Origin: Calcarisporiella thermophila CBS 279.70
Lineage: Eukaryota > Fungi > Calcarisporiellomycota
Direction: 5' to 3'
Assembly: GCF_041956535.1 (NCBI RefSeq)
Contig: NW_027192196.1
Location: 737,823-801,822 of the forward strand
Length of the DNA: 64,000 nucleotides
In this document: piece by piece, positions 25,172 to 39,288 of the stretch
Layout of the letters: each line of letters begins with the position of its first letter
How positions within the stretch are numbered: the stretch's first letter is position 1
Position numbers and translations under genes: made by a program
Notes under the pieces: generated by a model
Seen by the model: only the letters and a program-made list of their open reading frames with translations
The model's database searches: none
Told to the model about the DNA's origin: nothing

Positions 25172-28100
25172 TTAAAAACTCGAATTATGTTGTGGCTCGT
25201 ATTTATGTGGGTAGGTTTGTTGATGATGTTGATAAGATGGCGTCTCTTGATGATAATAAAACTGTTGTTGTTGTGGGAGAGGTGGGACTGGTGGTGCATA
25301 TCCCATTCCTGAATTGTGGTAGTCATATGGCTGCTGAAGAGGACCCAAGTCATCGCTAATATCCGAATACTCATCGCTGTAGCCGCCAGCCTGCAGAAGT
25401 TGACTTGACATGTCATTTTGTACTCCCAGTGCTTGGTGGCTAAGATATGTATTTCCGGAAGCCATAGTAGCGCGCTGACGGTCTTTTCGTTTTGCTTTGC
25501 GCATGCGCTGTCGCTCCCAATCGTCCCAGCGCTTCATCGGAACTTTGGATGCATCAAATAGGCCTTCCTTCTTGCCATGATCATCACCTTTAGTCTCTCC
25601 AGTGACTTTTCGTGTCTCACCCCAAGAAAAGTCGTCGAAGTGCCAGTAGGCATAGACAGGCAAAATCAAATTCCAAACGGGAAGCGCAAACAGATAAACA
25701 AACATCCACATCACGTACACGAGCTTGCGCGATGTGATAAGAATGAGGATCGCAGGAGAAAAGAGCACAATCACAAGGAGTATCACTGGGATAGATGCGG
25801 TAAAGGAAGTAATGGGAGTTTTGGCGATATTAGCAATTAATACAACGGTAAGGCCTAGCGCAACAGGCAACGAGACCGTTCCGATAAGATCGAGAAACAC
25901 GACAAATTGCATAGAGAAACAGAAAGTTCCACATAGATTGCGAACGAGTACCAACTCAAGTAAATTGTGGATAGTGGAGTTAATCCACCGTCTACGTTGA
26001 GACAGCAGCACGCGAAACTCATCTGGAACTACAGTCTTGCAAATTGCTTGTGGCATAAACATCATTTTACGATGGGGGAAATTACGCAGCATAAGAGTGG
26101 AAAGAAATCTGTCTTCACCGAGCAGAAGCAAGTTTTTCTGGTGGAGGGTGTCTACAACATTCTGGGAATACTCTTGTACGATTTCAGGCTTTGTAATGAT
26201 TGGAACCCAATCATCGTCGCCTTTGCGCGCTTTCAACCTAATCAAGTTATGTACTTTAGCTTTATATTTCAAAGCAATAACAAGTCATATAGGATACTCT
26301 ACCTGTACATACAAAAGCAACCAGGTAAACATGTAACACCACCAAAAATAGACTCGAACGCTTTTCCAAGGCTTTCAAATAAAGTTGACTTATTACTATA
26401 GGTAACGTTTGTTGATAAAGAAGAATACTCACTGATGAGATATGTAATACTCGTACACTTGTATAGCCGTCACCCATGAGTCTCGCTTGTTAGCAATCTT
26501 CGTTTCCCCACACAGACCCATAATCAAATTATCATTAATCATACAATTCACAAGTAAGCGAAGTGAATCAGGGTAAACTTTAGTATCAGCATCCACCTAA
26601 ATAAGATAAAAAGCATTAGAATTCCAGAATTTAGTGTTATGCAGAAATACCTACCATCAATACAATTTCGAAGAAATCAGGTGTAACTCCCATTAAGTGT
26701 TGAATTTTCCGAAAGAGGTCATAATCAAGAGCAGTCATGCGGTCATTATAGGTAACGCGGGAGAAAAAATTCATTAAAATTAGCTGCGAATCACGCTTTC
26801 CACGGTTCCCTGGTTTGCCTTTGCCCTGCTCCTCCGGCGTGCCCCACTTGACAATCAAAATCATTGGAACTCGATGGTCTTTGCATTCTGGAAATATATA
26901 ATATAAAGATATAAATATGAAATCAAATTTGGATATAATATTAAATAACTAACTAAAATGGCCTGCATAAACTTTAGCCATATTATGTTGCTTTGAGCCC
27001 TGTGCGATTGCAATGTAGCTCTGAGGCTTGGGATCTTGGAATGCGGGGTCGATTTCCATCATGTCAATACAAATATCAGGAGTTGACTTGTCATTGCCAT
27101 GCCCAGTAATTTGTCCATCTAATAAAGAGATCATCAGTATAAATATTTTAGATCAAAAATAAGTTCAACTCTTACCGGCAATTATAAATAATAACTTGCG
27201 ATCATCAGGGTATATCGTCGAAGCCAGCGATTCTACAGTATTTCTAATAGAGGACTCTCCTTCCGAATAACAGGTCACCAGCATTACTGTGAAAAGGTCA
27301 TTGCCAACATCCGTCCAAGTTATTCCACTCATTCCACTGAGTGACTTTGAGGAATCATTACGCTTAGCCCACGGAGCATTTGCCATTTCCATTGCGCCGT
27401 TATGTATCTGGCGGACCGTGGGAGGAGGTTTAGAGAGCCTCCAAGAGATAAACCATGAGAAGACGAGTGCCATAGCAAAACGAGCAAACAAAATCCCCAG
27501 CACAATAGTGAGCGATACGTAAAGCACAACCGAGGCAACAAAACAGCTTGGTTTCGCTTTATCTATGTGGCCAGCGTAATATTTATCGACAAGGCATTGT
27601 ACTGCATCCTTTAGCTCTGGTTGACGAAAGAAATGCCTAGTTGCGTCCTTGCCACCCACAGGGCGATTAGAATTTAACACCTTACGAATTACAGCATCAA
27701 CCAAATCTCCTGGAATTGGGTTTGGGTTTGCATTGATATATGGATCTAAGTTGAGCACATTGCCATCAACAATGAAATAGTTATGTAGACCATCATAACC
27801 CATTTGGACCCAGTCGTATCCGACTTGTTTGGATTCGTTCCTTAAGCCATATTTCGCTAAATTAGCCTCAGTGAAGGGTTCAAGAGGACATCCATTGTTG
27901 CCATTGTCGGTCTGGCAAGGGTTGAAAGTTACAGCCCTATATCGTAGAATATTTTGGCGCTGACAGGATAAAATGTTAGTTCCATGCTGAAAATAGTTGG
28001 TTGCGTCAGTCCCAGAGATAGAGGCAAGGTTAAATAATTCTCTGGACTTTTCGGTCGGGGCCTTAAAATTCTCTATATTAAAATGCCAGCCCTGTATGCC

Positions 28101-28535
28101 GACGCCTATATATTGAAGAGTCGTACTTAGCATGCTTTAGAGGATGACCAAATGCAAAAATGAATCACCTTTATGAGCTGTATCATTATAAGGAATATAA
28201 ATATTGGATATTTCTTGCGGCGGACACAATAGAGTCTGAAATCCGATAGTAAAAAAAGCAACAACTGCTCCAACCAGCATAATAAGAAAGCAGAGTGCAA
28301 TTTTTTCTCGCCAAGCCTGTTGCATACTCTCATCGGATTTGCCTAACTTAGTGAGCAAAAACCCAGGTGCCCAAAATGTGACGATTCGAGAGAAAAGAAC
28401 CCAGGGATCGAATGGTTCACGATCTTTGTGTCCCGTGAGGAGAGGGGTAGGATTCTGGTATCGCTCCGGGCGGATAAGAGTCTTACCCCTCGCAAGCTGA
28501 GTCGCTCCTCGAGTGAGCTGTCTATTTGGTGGCAT
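25172..28535 (-). CDS. Chitin synthase, division 2 class IV (Chs3-like, no myosin motor)
   Basis: [61 protein letters not shown]. Confidence 0.95.
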
Positions 28536-29010
28536 CTTTTAGAATTTCGAATTGTTTACGATAAATAATAAATACGGAGAATATGCAAAAATGTAAATCG
28601 GAAAGATAGGATACACTAAGAAATCAAAGTAACGGAAGGATATAATAAATAATAAAGAAAATGAGAGGAGGAAAGACACAAAACTTCCGCGATACAAAGA
28701 TGAGGGAGGTGGAGAGAGTAGGAGTGTGAGGTATAGTAGTTATCAATACTTCCCCATCTGACTGGTCCCAAACTATGAATATAACTATCCTATCTCTCAG
28801 ATGTCTAGAGATGATGAAATTGTGGAAACGGATGAGATGAGAAGTGCCAAACAATCTAAATCGAAAATATAGTTACCCGAATCTTCAATCAACCAACCAC
28901 TCAGCTTGAATCGTTGCAAGCCATGTCAGTGGCACAGCTATTTTGAACGAAAGATTGTTGGTAAGACTTATGGCTCTCTGTGAAATTGGAGGTTAGGTGG
29001 CAACTTTAGA

Positions 29011-32000
29011 ATGAAAGGAAAATGGCATTTAATAGTGGCCATCGCTGGGTATATTTGCATATTAGCAAATATAGTAGAAAGCTTTTCCACGGAAAGGAGG
29101 TTAGCTTTAAGGTAATTTGATCGTCTACTTTTGGTTTTATCATATATTAACGATATCTTATCTGTTATTCTCTAATCGAACAGAGATGCGGCAAAGGTTG
29201 GGAAATTAATATTTGGCACAATTTAGCACCTCTTCTTTTTAATTACATTTCCATTTTTACTTGCAGGAGATGTTTTTTCACGGTTACAATAATTATCTCG
29301 ATCATGCATTCCCACAGGATGAAGTAAATGACTCCTTTTGCTCTCCTTAGACATCGTTAGCAATTCTTAACACTTCTTTTTAGCTTAATCCAATTTTATG
29401 CTCGGGAAGGGGTCACGATAGAAGCGATCCGTGAGTTATATATATCAGCATACATATATATTCAAATAGGTCAATTAATAAATTTTCGAATAGTACAAAT
29501 ATAAATGTGAATGATGTCTTGGGCGATTATTCTCTGACGCTAGTGGACTCTTTAGACACGCTTGCAGTATGTTTTATATAGATTTATATCTTATGCTATT
29601 GCTTTCACGCTTCCAATTTTACAATAGATCTTGGGAGAACAAGCGGAATTTGAAAATGCAGTTAAGATGGTGGTTAAAAACGTAAGATTTAATGTTGATA
29701 GTAAAGTTCAGGTATTTGAGGTGAATATTCGAGTCCTAGGTGGACTGGTAAGAGTTATGTCGATATTCATTCGCGCTTCAATTTGATAACTATAACTCTA
29801 CTCATACTAGCTATCCGCACATATCTTAGCATCAGATCCCTCCCTCGGACATGCCATCCCAAGCTACGGTGGTGAATTACTTGATTTAGCATATGATCTT
29901 GGAAAACGGCTATTGCCCGCTTTTAAGAAGTCGCCGACTGGCCTGCCTTATCCCCGAGTATATTTTTAAATACGATGGTTACTTCCATCCTATATTAACA
30001 ATAATTTGCTATTAGGTAAATTTACGACATGGCGTTCCGAGAACAGAAACTACAGAAACATGTACTGCAGGAGCAGGTAGTTTAATTCTCGAATTTGGTG
30101 TTTTGAGCAGACTTACAAAGGACCCTTCATTCGAAGTAAGAAGCTAGATGAACAACAATACTTTAACTTTGTTGTAAATAACACAAATCTTCTTTTCCCA
30201 TTGCAGTTAGCTGCTAAGCGAGCGTTATATGCCCTTTGGAATAGAAGATCCGATTTAGGACTACTAGGGAATGTTATTGATCTTCAAACAGGCCAGGTAA
30301 TTTAGAATTCTATTTTTTAATGTTTCATACCTTTCTGTCATAACATTGCACGTTCCTAGTGGATACATACTGCTTCTAGTACTGGAGCTGGAATCGACTC
30401 CTTTTACGAGTATCTGCTGAAAGCCTATATCCTATTCGGGGAGGATGATTATCTTGAAATTTTCTCCGAGGCCTATTCTTCTATTATCAGATATATTCGT
30501 GATGGAACAGGCCATGTTTACCGTAATGTGCACATGCACAACGCAGTGCTTATGTCAACATGGGTAGACAGTTTATCAGCTTTCTTCCCAGGATTACAGG
30601 TGATTTCACATTTATTCTCATTATCTCAATCAACGATTTAATTTTATTGGACAAGGTGTTGTATGGAGATTTGGATAGTGCAGTTAAATCCCATCTTCTT
30701 TATTACAACATTTGGCGCAAATATGGTGCGCTTCCAGAGCGATTTGATTTGCACACCCAACATATTAATATTGCGAGTTATCCTCTACGCCCTGAACTAG
30801 TTGAGAGTACCTATTTTCTTTATCAGGTAATCAATACACAACTTATACTTAAATTATTAGTTTTCTGATAACACTAAGTCATTGTATTTCCATTATATAA
30901 AATACGTTAGGCGACAAAAGATCCATTTTATCTCGAAGTTGGTGAAAGGATCCTACATGATCTTAACAATCGCACTCGTGTGAAATGCGGTTTCGCTACA
31001 ATTGGAAATGTAATTACTGGAGAGCTTGAGGACAGAATGGAAAGCTTTGTACTTAGCGAAACGTTCAAGTATTTATACTTATTGTTCGACACTGATAATC
31101 CTATTAATAAGATGGATTCGAATTACGTATTCACAACTGGTGAGTAATTGCTTGAAGATTTCTCCCAATCTCATACATTTATATTATATGCGAAATTACA
31201 TTTTATCATTTAGAGGGTCATGTTCTGCATCTTCCTCGTTCGTATCAAAATCCCAAACCTCCAATTGTTGAAACCTTCGCTGCTCGCCTTCGTAAGCTCA
31301 CTCGTCGTATTCCATCACCACTTCGTGAATGCCCTGCAGTAAACAAATCTATGTTTTCCACTATACCTGCGAGACCAGATGCAGAATTTGCTCGCGAAAC
31401 TGTAGGAGTTACGGAAGATCGACATTCCCATTGGCATAAGCTTGGAGGCTACTGTGAGGTAATTTGTCCAATTGATTCTATTACTTAAGAAGAGCTATGT
31501 GGGAGGGATTGATTGCTGAAAAATCTACGTGGAGCTATTTTTTAACGCGCATTGAATTTTTTACATAGATACCTAACACGATGCCGCCTACAATTCAGCT
31601 GGTGTTTGGTCAAGAGAATGAAAGCACCAAGGGATCGATTATTGAAGATGTGCGTGGTCTAATTGCTTCAACCTTGTCCGGACTACGTGTTGAACTTTCT
31701 CGTATACTGAAACCCAAGAACGGATACGAAATTACTCGTGTAGAAAACTATTGGTAACATTTAATTTAAGATTTATATCGAAATATATATTAATAAATAT
31801 CATATATAAGAAGGCTTGCACCAGGACAAGTATTGAGAGTTGGGCGCAAGGAATTGAAATCCTTCCTCTCAGAACAAGAGAATGAAGATGACAGCATACA
31901 AGAGCTAATTAAAAATACTCTGACTGGGAGGGGAGAGCGAGGGATTGCGCTGATAAGCCCAGTTGACTCGGCAGAAGTTTTTTTAGCCGCTGAAGCTCTC

Positions 32001-32516
32001 TATGGTCCTCCCGTTCCTCTCCTTCAGCAATCCGCAAACGAACGAGAAAAAGGGATAAGAGGTGAATTGATATTTCTCGGTCCATCTTCATATGGATGCG
32101 ATGAATATACGGCCCAGCAGGAAGCGCGCGTTCGCGGTAAAGTGGTGGTCATTCCACGAGGGTCATGTACTTTTGCTCGAAAAACTATATTCGCACAACG
32201 TGCTGGCGCTCTTGCTGTTATTTTTGCGAATATGGGAGACGAGCTCTTTACACCTGCAGGACCTGCACCAGATGACGCGGATGCAGTGTTGGTCGCGCAA
32301 TTTGGCGAAATCACCTTACCTAGTGTACTCGTCTCTGGTAGCGCTATCGTAAATCTGATATCACTTGCAACAGAAAAAGAGCCTTTTCTCGTGGAAATAT
32401 ATCGTGATGCTCAGCAGAGCATGAATTTCAAGGAGAGGCAGCGAAGATCTCAACAAAGAGAGATACAACTCACTGTTCATGGACTGCCTATATTGAACAT
32501 GGAAATGATAGACTAA
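29011..32516 (+). CDS. GH47 alpha-1,2-mannosidase-like EDEM/Mnl1 protein with C-terminal PA domain
   Basis: Signal peptide; [73 protein letters not shown]; PA motif [15 protein letters not shown]. Confidence 0.92.
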
Positions 32517-33198
32517 TCTATATCCTTTGGATTTTCTTTTATGCGAGTGGGTTAAAAATATAAACTACGATTGATTTTTCTAATCTTTTGCCGCACTTGT
32601 TCAGAGCTTTTATCAAAACAAGGCTGAAGACCAAGCATGTTTAACTTCCACTTTTTTACCTTGCAATGAGAAAATGTCCCTGGAGTAACTTCTATATTTT
32701 TTATCCCACAATAATCTAAAACTATCCCTCAAGATAACAAGCGACTTCTAATCGACAAACAGGAAACGTACACTAATTTGAGGAACCACTTTTTAAGAGA
32801 AATATTGTAAATGACTATGTGAACTCTGAAGAAATATCGGATTAAGATCATGCGTGAGTATACGCGTTAACTTGAGTTTACTTAACCCAAATCTTACAGA
32901 TTTAAATTTCAATTACACGCAACTAAAATCCATTTACTCCTGGCTTTCAATTACGAAAGTGCGATGAATACTATCCATCAATTTCCTTCTCTTTTCCATG
33001 CCATTAATATCATCGGCATCCTTGATAGCTTTTAAGGCATTTGAAGGCTTTTATAATAGAACACTCTTGGGTATTATGCTAAGTACAATACTCAAATATC
33101 AGAACGAAAAAAAAAACTCAGAGAATCGACAATAAGTGATGAAAAAAGGGACATTTACAGGAAAATTTAATCAAATATAATCAAATATAAAAGGTTAA

Positions 33199-34716
33199 TC
33201 ACCACTGCTCCATCACGTTCTTAAGTAATCGCCCTTCTTCTGGGAGCATTGCCATTTCTAAGTGGAATCTTAATTCTCTTTCATGCACTATCTGTGCTGT
33301 GAAACTAGAAGCTTTAGCACACTCGGGAGGACCAGTTACGAAATAAGTGGATTGGCCAGCTGTAATTTTGTCGAGGATACCAAGCAGTCCAGGGTCAAAC
33401 TGTTCATCCACCTTTGCATCGTCTTCATCCTCAATCATCGGAGTCAGTGAATCGCGCACGTCGAGTACTCCTACGCCAGGTCCCAGCCCCGGATCTAGAG
33501 AGTTCGTCGTCTGATTCAAAATATCTCTATGCTTTTTTTCATAGAGAGTCATCCAAGTGACAATATCAACTTTTTCTTTCAGTAATCCAATCGCCTCGTG
33601 ATGCCCCTGCTCCATCTGATTACTATGCCAAGTCGAAGAATGCGCATAGCGACCCTCAAGTGGATAATCCGTTGCCAAATATACAGTTGATATATTAAGA
33701 CGCTGCTTGATCCCATTAAGGTGATTAGCAAGTTTCACTGCACATTCTGGCAATACCTCAGCTGGCATTGTTTCCATACGCCAATGGACAGCAATGAACG
33801 GTCTAAGGGATTCCGCCACACTCATAGCTTGGTCGTACCATAAACGATCATAAACCAGAGGAGGCCCCATAGAAGTCAAATTAAATAAAGGGAAGCGTAA
33901 GTCATATCGCACAAGAAGAACATCTGCCGTATCCCGACGGAACCAGCTCATCATATTGAAATTTCCCTTATCGTTCTCTAACTGTTTGATTACTTTCTCT
34001 CCAAAATTTTCCATTGCATCCTGGGTCATGGGCGCGGGAATTCGAAGCGGTAAATGGCGAGCGTAGTTAAGTGGTAGTGATCGTAAGCAGTATTTTCTAT
34101 GTAACTTATACGATGCCGGTAATTCTCCCGTCATCTCTCGTTCTCTCTCAATCATCACAAATTGAGCTGTTGGAGCTCGATGTCGTTCATGAAGCCAGTT
34201 TGAGAATGCTTGTTGTGTTAAGAAACTAAATTCATTGAGAGTTTCGTTGGTAAAATAATGTGAAAAAGGAAATTGCTGGCATGAACCAAGGCGGCCCTTG
34301 CTTGCGTTCGGTAGAACGACAGTACGATTAAGACTTTTAGCCAGCAGGGCTAGCTGGTGGAAATGTATCTGCGCTTTCGATTCTTGCTCACCAACCCATA
34401 CAGGAAAAAGAAACTTACAGGGCGATTTTCCACAGTACTTAGCATCGATCTCACGCTGATGACGAAGAGTAGCAATTAAACGCTGGCGGCTTAAAGTTTC
34501 TTGTGTGCTTTGATGGAAGTTTATAAGTGTGATATAGAAAAAAGCAGTTGCAGAAATAAGCGATATGAGGACAAGGAGGGAACGCATACGGGATGGGATT
34601 TGGCGAATAGATAATTCTGTCCGCGGAATAGATGGTTTCCGTCGATGGCCCGGTCGTGTGTATATTGGGAGGAGAGGCGTTTTTGACGAGGGAGATATTG
34701 GGCACTTCAGCTGCAT
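33199..34716 (-). CDS. Type II membrane glycosyltransferase, GDP-fucose O-fucosyltransferase-like; intronless
   Basis: N-terminal TM; LAKSLNRTVVLP, FIAVHWRME, VYLATD, ILDKITAGQSTYFV, SSF. Confidence 0.75.
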   Translation of the reverse strand: MQLKCPISPSSKTPLLPIYTRPGHRRKPSIPRTELSIRQIPSRMRSLLVLISLISATAFFYITLINFHQSTQETLSRQRLIATLRHQREIDAKYCGKSPCKFLFPVWVGEQESKAQIHFHQLALLAKSLNRTVVLPNASKGRLGSCQQFPFSHYFTNETLNEFSFLTQQAFSNWLHERHRAPTAQFVMIEREREMTGELPASYKLHRKYCLRSLPLNYARHLPLRIPAPMTQDAMENFGEKVIKQLENDKGNFNMMSWFRRDTADVLLVRYDLRFPLFNLTSMGPPLVYDRLWYDQAMSVAESLRPFIAVHWRMETMPAEVLPECAVKLANHLNGIKQRLNISTVYLATDYPLEGRYAHSSTWHSNQMEQGHHEAIGLLKEKVDIVTWMTLYEKKHRDILNQTTNSLDPGLGPGVGVLDVRDSLTPMIEDEDDAKVDEQFDPGLLGILDKITAGQSTYFVTGPPECAKASSFTAQIVHERELRFHLEMAMLPEEGRLLKNVMEQW

Positions 34717-36019
34717 AGTGCAGATTCACAACGTAATAAAAAAACAGTACGAGAAGGAACGTAAAAGTGAAAACTAATGATGAATATTGGGGTATGTGCT
34801 GAATCCTTTTTGATGCAAATTAATTTCAATAAAACGATAGATTTAGTAAGTCATTGCTAAGGAGTTGGGAAAAAAGAAAATAAAATGAGATCTAACCAAA
34901 TTGGAAATTAATTGAGTTATAAACAATCATTGGATAGCCGTAATAACCTCTTAGAGCTGATTTTCGATAGTCTTTTTGCAACTATAGGAGAATCTGAACA
35001 TATGGCGAGAAGTTACCAGGAAATATTGGCATAGCAACTCATACTCGCAGGTAGATAAATAGTGCGAATTGTGGGAAAGGAATCTCTTAGTGGAAAGTGG
35101 ATCAAGAGAGTTTCTTCATATTCTCTATAGAAATCAGTATCCATTTTCAAACTCCGCTGCTAAATTCCAGGATAAGCAGAGATCTTGGAACTCGGGACAT
35201 ATGAAAATCTATGACTTCCAACTCCGAAGTTAGTTTGTAAGAGGTTGTTTTGAGAAATATAATGCATCCCGATCATCTAAAGTGCTGAGATGCCGTAGTT
35301 AAACTATTATAAATAATAAATTATACCGCTGTTTTGACGCTATTTTAGCCATCCTGGGCTTCTGCCCTGCCCGTGTTCCAGACCTATGGAAAAGGTCACC
35401 ACTTCCAGCTCTATTTAGATACTCAGATCTGTCATATATTGTTTCTGTATTTCGTAATGTTAATAGGGACAGTAAGAATATGCCTTTGGACAGTTTGTTT
35501 GGCGGAATATTCGACTAAACAAGTTTTGAACTTCTCCACACCTGTTCATTACTGTTTAGAAAAATACAATTATGTCATCGCTATTTTCTCTACAGGGAAA
35601 TGATCAACCGCGATTATCTTTCTTTAAACAACGTTAAAATGATATCACTATTCCTCAGCCGAACATATTCAGTCTTGATAAAACAACTCAAAAAATACAC
35701 GAATATACAATAATAAACATTATCCTTATCTTTATATCTATGATATCTATTCACCAAAGCTCTCGCTGATGGTTAAAAATTCATTTTCAATGGTTTTTTT
35801 TTATAAATCCATAACATCTCTCTTGCAAGGGTGTGCAATGAAACTTCTCACACAGACAGGGGTTTCTGTATTCTTACTTGTATTAAAATGTCATTGTGTG
35901 CTCACGCCCTTCCCTATTCCCCTTATTTGTTCGGCATATATTAGAACATCTACCCACCTCTTTTTTTTTTTCTTATTTCTAATTTTTGACATTCCTCAGA
36001 GCAAGCTTTTATTAACCAT

Positions 36020-37837
36020 ATGGCGAACATTAAATCAGCATCAGTAGTTTTGCGAGTGTTCCCTGCCGTGGCTCTAGTCACGGTTTTTTCGACAATCATA
36101 ACTTTATTATACGAAAAAATGGGGTACCAGCTGAGCATTGGAACCTCGCTCATTACCACCATCAGCATGGTTATTTCATTACTAATAGCATTTCGCACAA
36201 AGTAGGTAGTATTAAAAATTTTTTTCATCATCATTTACTAATTTATTACACTTGTTGCATTACAACATTGAAGTACTGCATATGAAAGGTAGATGAATTG
36301 TGATTCTTTTTTTAAGTAAATTGTAAACTGTATTTTCTTTTTCCATTTCAAAAAAGGTATTGGGAAGGACGGCGTCTTTGGTCCACAGTTAATAATACTG
36401 TTCGAAATTTCGCGAGAAATATGTGGGTTCAGGTGGAAGAGGAGACCACTGAAGACGTTCTCACCAAGAAATCAGTCATTAATTTGTTGGTCGCTTTTGC
36501 GGTGTCTACGAAACATTATCTTCGAGAGGAATTCGGTTACCATTATGCAGACCTATGGACGCTTGTTCAGCATATTCCTCGCTATTCTACACCGGCATCC
36601 AATATCTCTCTTGAAGGACAAGGCAAACTAACTAAAAAACCAATAATTATTAAGCTCTTTCCATGTTTCTGGGATATGCCTGAACCTCCCAAAGCAATGG
36701 AAGTCCCTGGAATGGGTGTGCAAGCACCTAATGAAGAGTCTGCTCCTAGTAATATCCCACTTGAGATCACCTATTTATTAAGCTCTTATATTCGAAGGGT
36801 GCACCTACTTGAACAAGCTGATATAGCTACCATCTCTAATCTCTATGCCATTGTCAATACAATGATCGAATGTTTAACGGGCTTTGAAAGTACACTTTGA
36901 CACCAATAGCTGCTCGTAAAATTACCTCTGAAATCTATATTCCTTGATTTACTAGGAATTCGTCGGACGCCGATGCCTGTCTCATATGCCCTACATCTCC
37001 ACATAAGTGTTTGGGTGTACTGTTTATCGCTCCCATTCCAGCTAGTTGGCACCCTACATTACGGTATTAGCGTATAATTTATTACGTTTCCTAAAAAATT
37101 TGTTGGCCAACGGTTTTTGTCTACTATAGTTACTATTGTAATATGTTTTATTGCCTCGTATGTTTTACTAGGAATCGAAAGCATAGGTGCAGAGATAGGT
37201 AATATCATTATAACATACTCATAATTCAGATCGAATTACAAATTCTCTTTACAGAGGATCCGTTTGGATATGACCCGAATGATCTTCCGTTGGACGAATT
37301 CTGCACGTAAGTTTTATATTTTCATTTAATTAATGTAATGAATAGGATAAATATGCTAATCCTATTATATTTTTTAAAAGAATCATTAAAAGAGAACTGG
37401 TTTGTAAACTCTTACATCCCCCCACTTCTAGTCTCTCCAATTTCACCTTTATTTTCCTCTTACTCTAGGATATAATTACTTCAAAGCCTGCACCCAATGC
37501 TGACGAATGGATATTTAATAACAGAAACAAGCCTTTCACAAATATTGGGTCCGATGCAGTTGATCTTAGAACCACTTCCATGGACGAAGCGCATTCATTA
37601 CTAACTGCCGACGGAGAAAAGAAAATGATGTCGTTTTCACCCTTACCTAGAGCTGAAGCTGACAGCCCACATTTAGCGGCAGAAAATCAAGACCCTATGG
37701 TTGAAATTCCCACACTTCAACTTACGCCAGTGGCAACTCGAGATCGTCGCCGTAGTCGCAATAGAGACAGGCGTGGAGAGTGGACACCTGAATTGGAGCA
37801 TCGAAGTTCTAAATCTAACTATTTCGCTGACATTTAA
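36020..37837 (+). CDS. Bestrophin-like (UPF0187/YneE) anion channel
   Basis: LLIAFRT..AYERYWEGRRLW, TPMPVSYALHL, LGIESIGAEIEDPFGYDPNDLPLD. Confidence 0.9.
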
Positions 37838-38126
37838 TCCACATGAATAATCAATATTCAATCATTCCTGTAAAGCCTTTTCTATACGCCATTTATCTCA
37901 TATTATGTATTATAACTATTGTGTATTTTTCGGCATTCTTCCATGTAAATATTTTGACCAATTCTAATAATTGAAGAAGACAAAGGGATATTATATCGAA
38001 TGTGATTAAATAGCGGGTGTGATAAATTAATAGCCAGTATTTTATTTACTTAATATCCAGTAATAAAATGTATGTTAATAAAGAATGATAATAAATTACA
38101 ATATAAAATTGATCGTATAATATTAT

Positions 38127-38513
38127 TTAATACAGCTCAGACTCATTTCCATCTTGCACTTTTCTTTCTACTTTTCTTGCAAAATCATCAATTTCCTCAT
38201 CAGGCACCAGGTTTGCCTGTTGAGCCTGATCTTCGTCAAGTAGAAGTAAATCCTCTTCTCCTTGTTGCTCTACAAGATTGCCGAAAGGATTTCCCGATAA
38301 GAATCCAGAAGAGCGATCCCATCGTGTTTGGGATGCAAGCAGTGCTTCAAATTCGACATCACGTTCGTCTTCTTCAATATAATGTGGATCAGGAAAGTAG
38401 TCGCGACCACGAAGCGCTACTGCACCTCCGACGGAAAAACAAGGACAGAGATGCGTAAGTAATGTGCGCCAAAACGGTTGATCTGTCGAAGACTGGAAAC
38501 ATGAAAATAACAT
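38127..38513 (-). CDS. Hypothetical acidic protein with a Cys-rich N-terminal patch (LCPCF)
   Basis: 128-aa ORF with coding-like composition inside AT-rich flanks. Confidence 0.55.
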   Translation of the reverse strand: MLFSCFQSSTDQPFWRTLLTHLCPCFSVGGAVALRGRDYFPDPHYIEEDERDVEFEALLASQTRWDRSSGFLSGNPFGNLVEQQGEEDLLLLDEDQAQQANLVPDEEIDDFARKVERKVQDGNESELY

Positions 38514-39006
38514 TTTATAAAACTATTTAAGCTAACTAATAAAAGAAATCTTTATCAACAAATCCAAAATATCTGACAAATAGACCTCAGCTCATTGATT
38601 CTCTCAATTACACTCGCTTTCACAGACAAGTCCGGAGCGACTGTTAACCGAAAAAATAAAAACTGTGGCTTATCAAAAATCCTATATTTTAGATGAGTTT
38701 GATAATTTTCTTAATTAACACATATAAATTAAAAATGAATACATATAAATATTTAAAATTATTAGGAGTGAAAGGGCGTTCTGTGATTATACATTTTTCA
38801 GTTACAGTATATAGGCTAAGAAGTATTAACTCATATACATTGACAGTTATCCTTAAATCCTGCTTCATTATGGCCAATTCGGGATTGCGAGCAGATATTA
38901 TCTTAGAATGCTTTGCTGGTTTTCTTTTAAAAGTTTAACGGAGTTAAATATCATCAAATGATACCATACAACAACAGGGAAAACTTACCACATCTCATAG
39001 GCATCT

Positions 39007-39288
39007 CTATATCATAGTCGCAGGAATTTTACTACTGCTTCTATCCACTAATCCACGGGTATACACTGCAGCTGGAGTATTGATGCTGCTTGATCTTCTT
39101 AATGAATTAGCTGCCTGAATAAAGGATGTTCTCGATTCGTACCCAGTGGAGTTAGGGCGATTCTTAAGAGAGCGGGCACGAGAAAGCTGACTCGGCAATG
39201 TTATATTCTGAGGAGGATTTCGAAGGGCACCAGAGGGTGCTCGGATAGGGTTCGAAGTTGATTTCTTGCGAGATCCGAGACAGAACAT
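39007..39288 (-). CDS. Hypothetical small basic Ser/Arg-rich protein
   Basis: 93-aa ATG-initiated ORF, GC-richer than its flanks; no recognisable domain. Confidence 0.45.
   Translation of the reverse strand: MFCLGSRKKSTSNPIRAPSGALRNPPQNITLPSQLSRARSLKNRPNSTGYESRTSFIQAANSLRRSSSINTPAAVYTRGLVDRSSSKIPATMI

Noticed and set aside
38587-38595. Minimal uORF ATG-AGC-TGA upstream of the 128-aa gene
   Set aside because: Depends on an unverified TSS and a weak donor (GTCTAT); could easily be chance.
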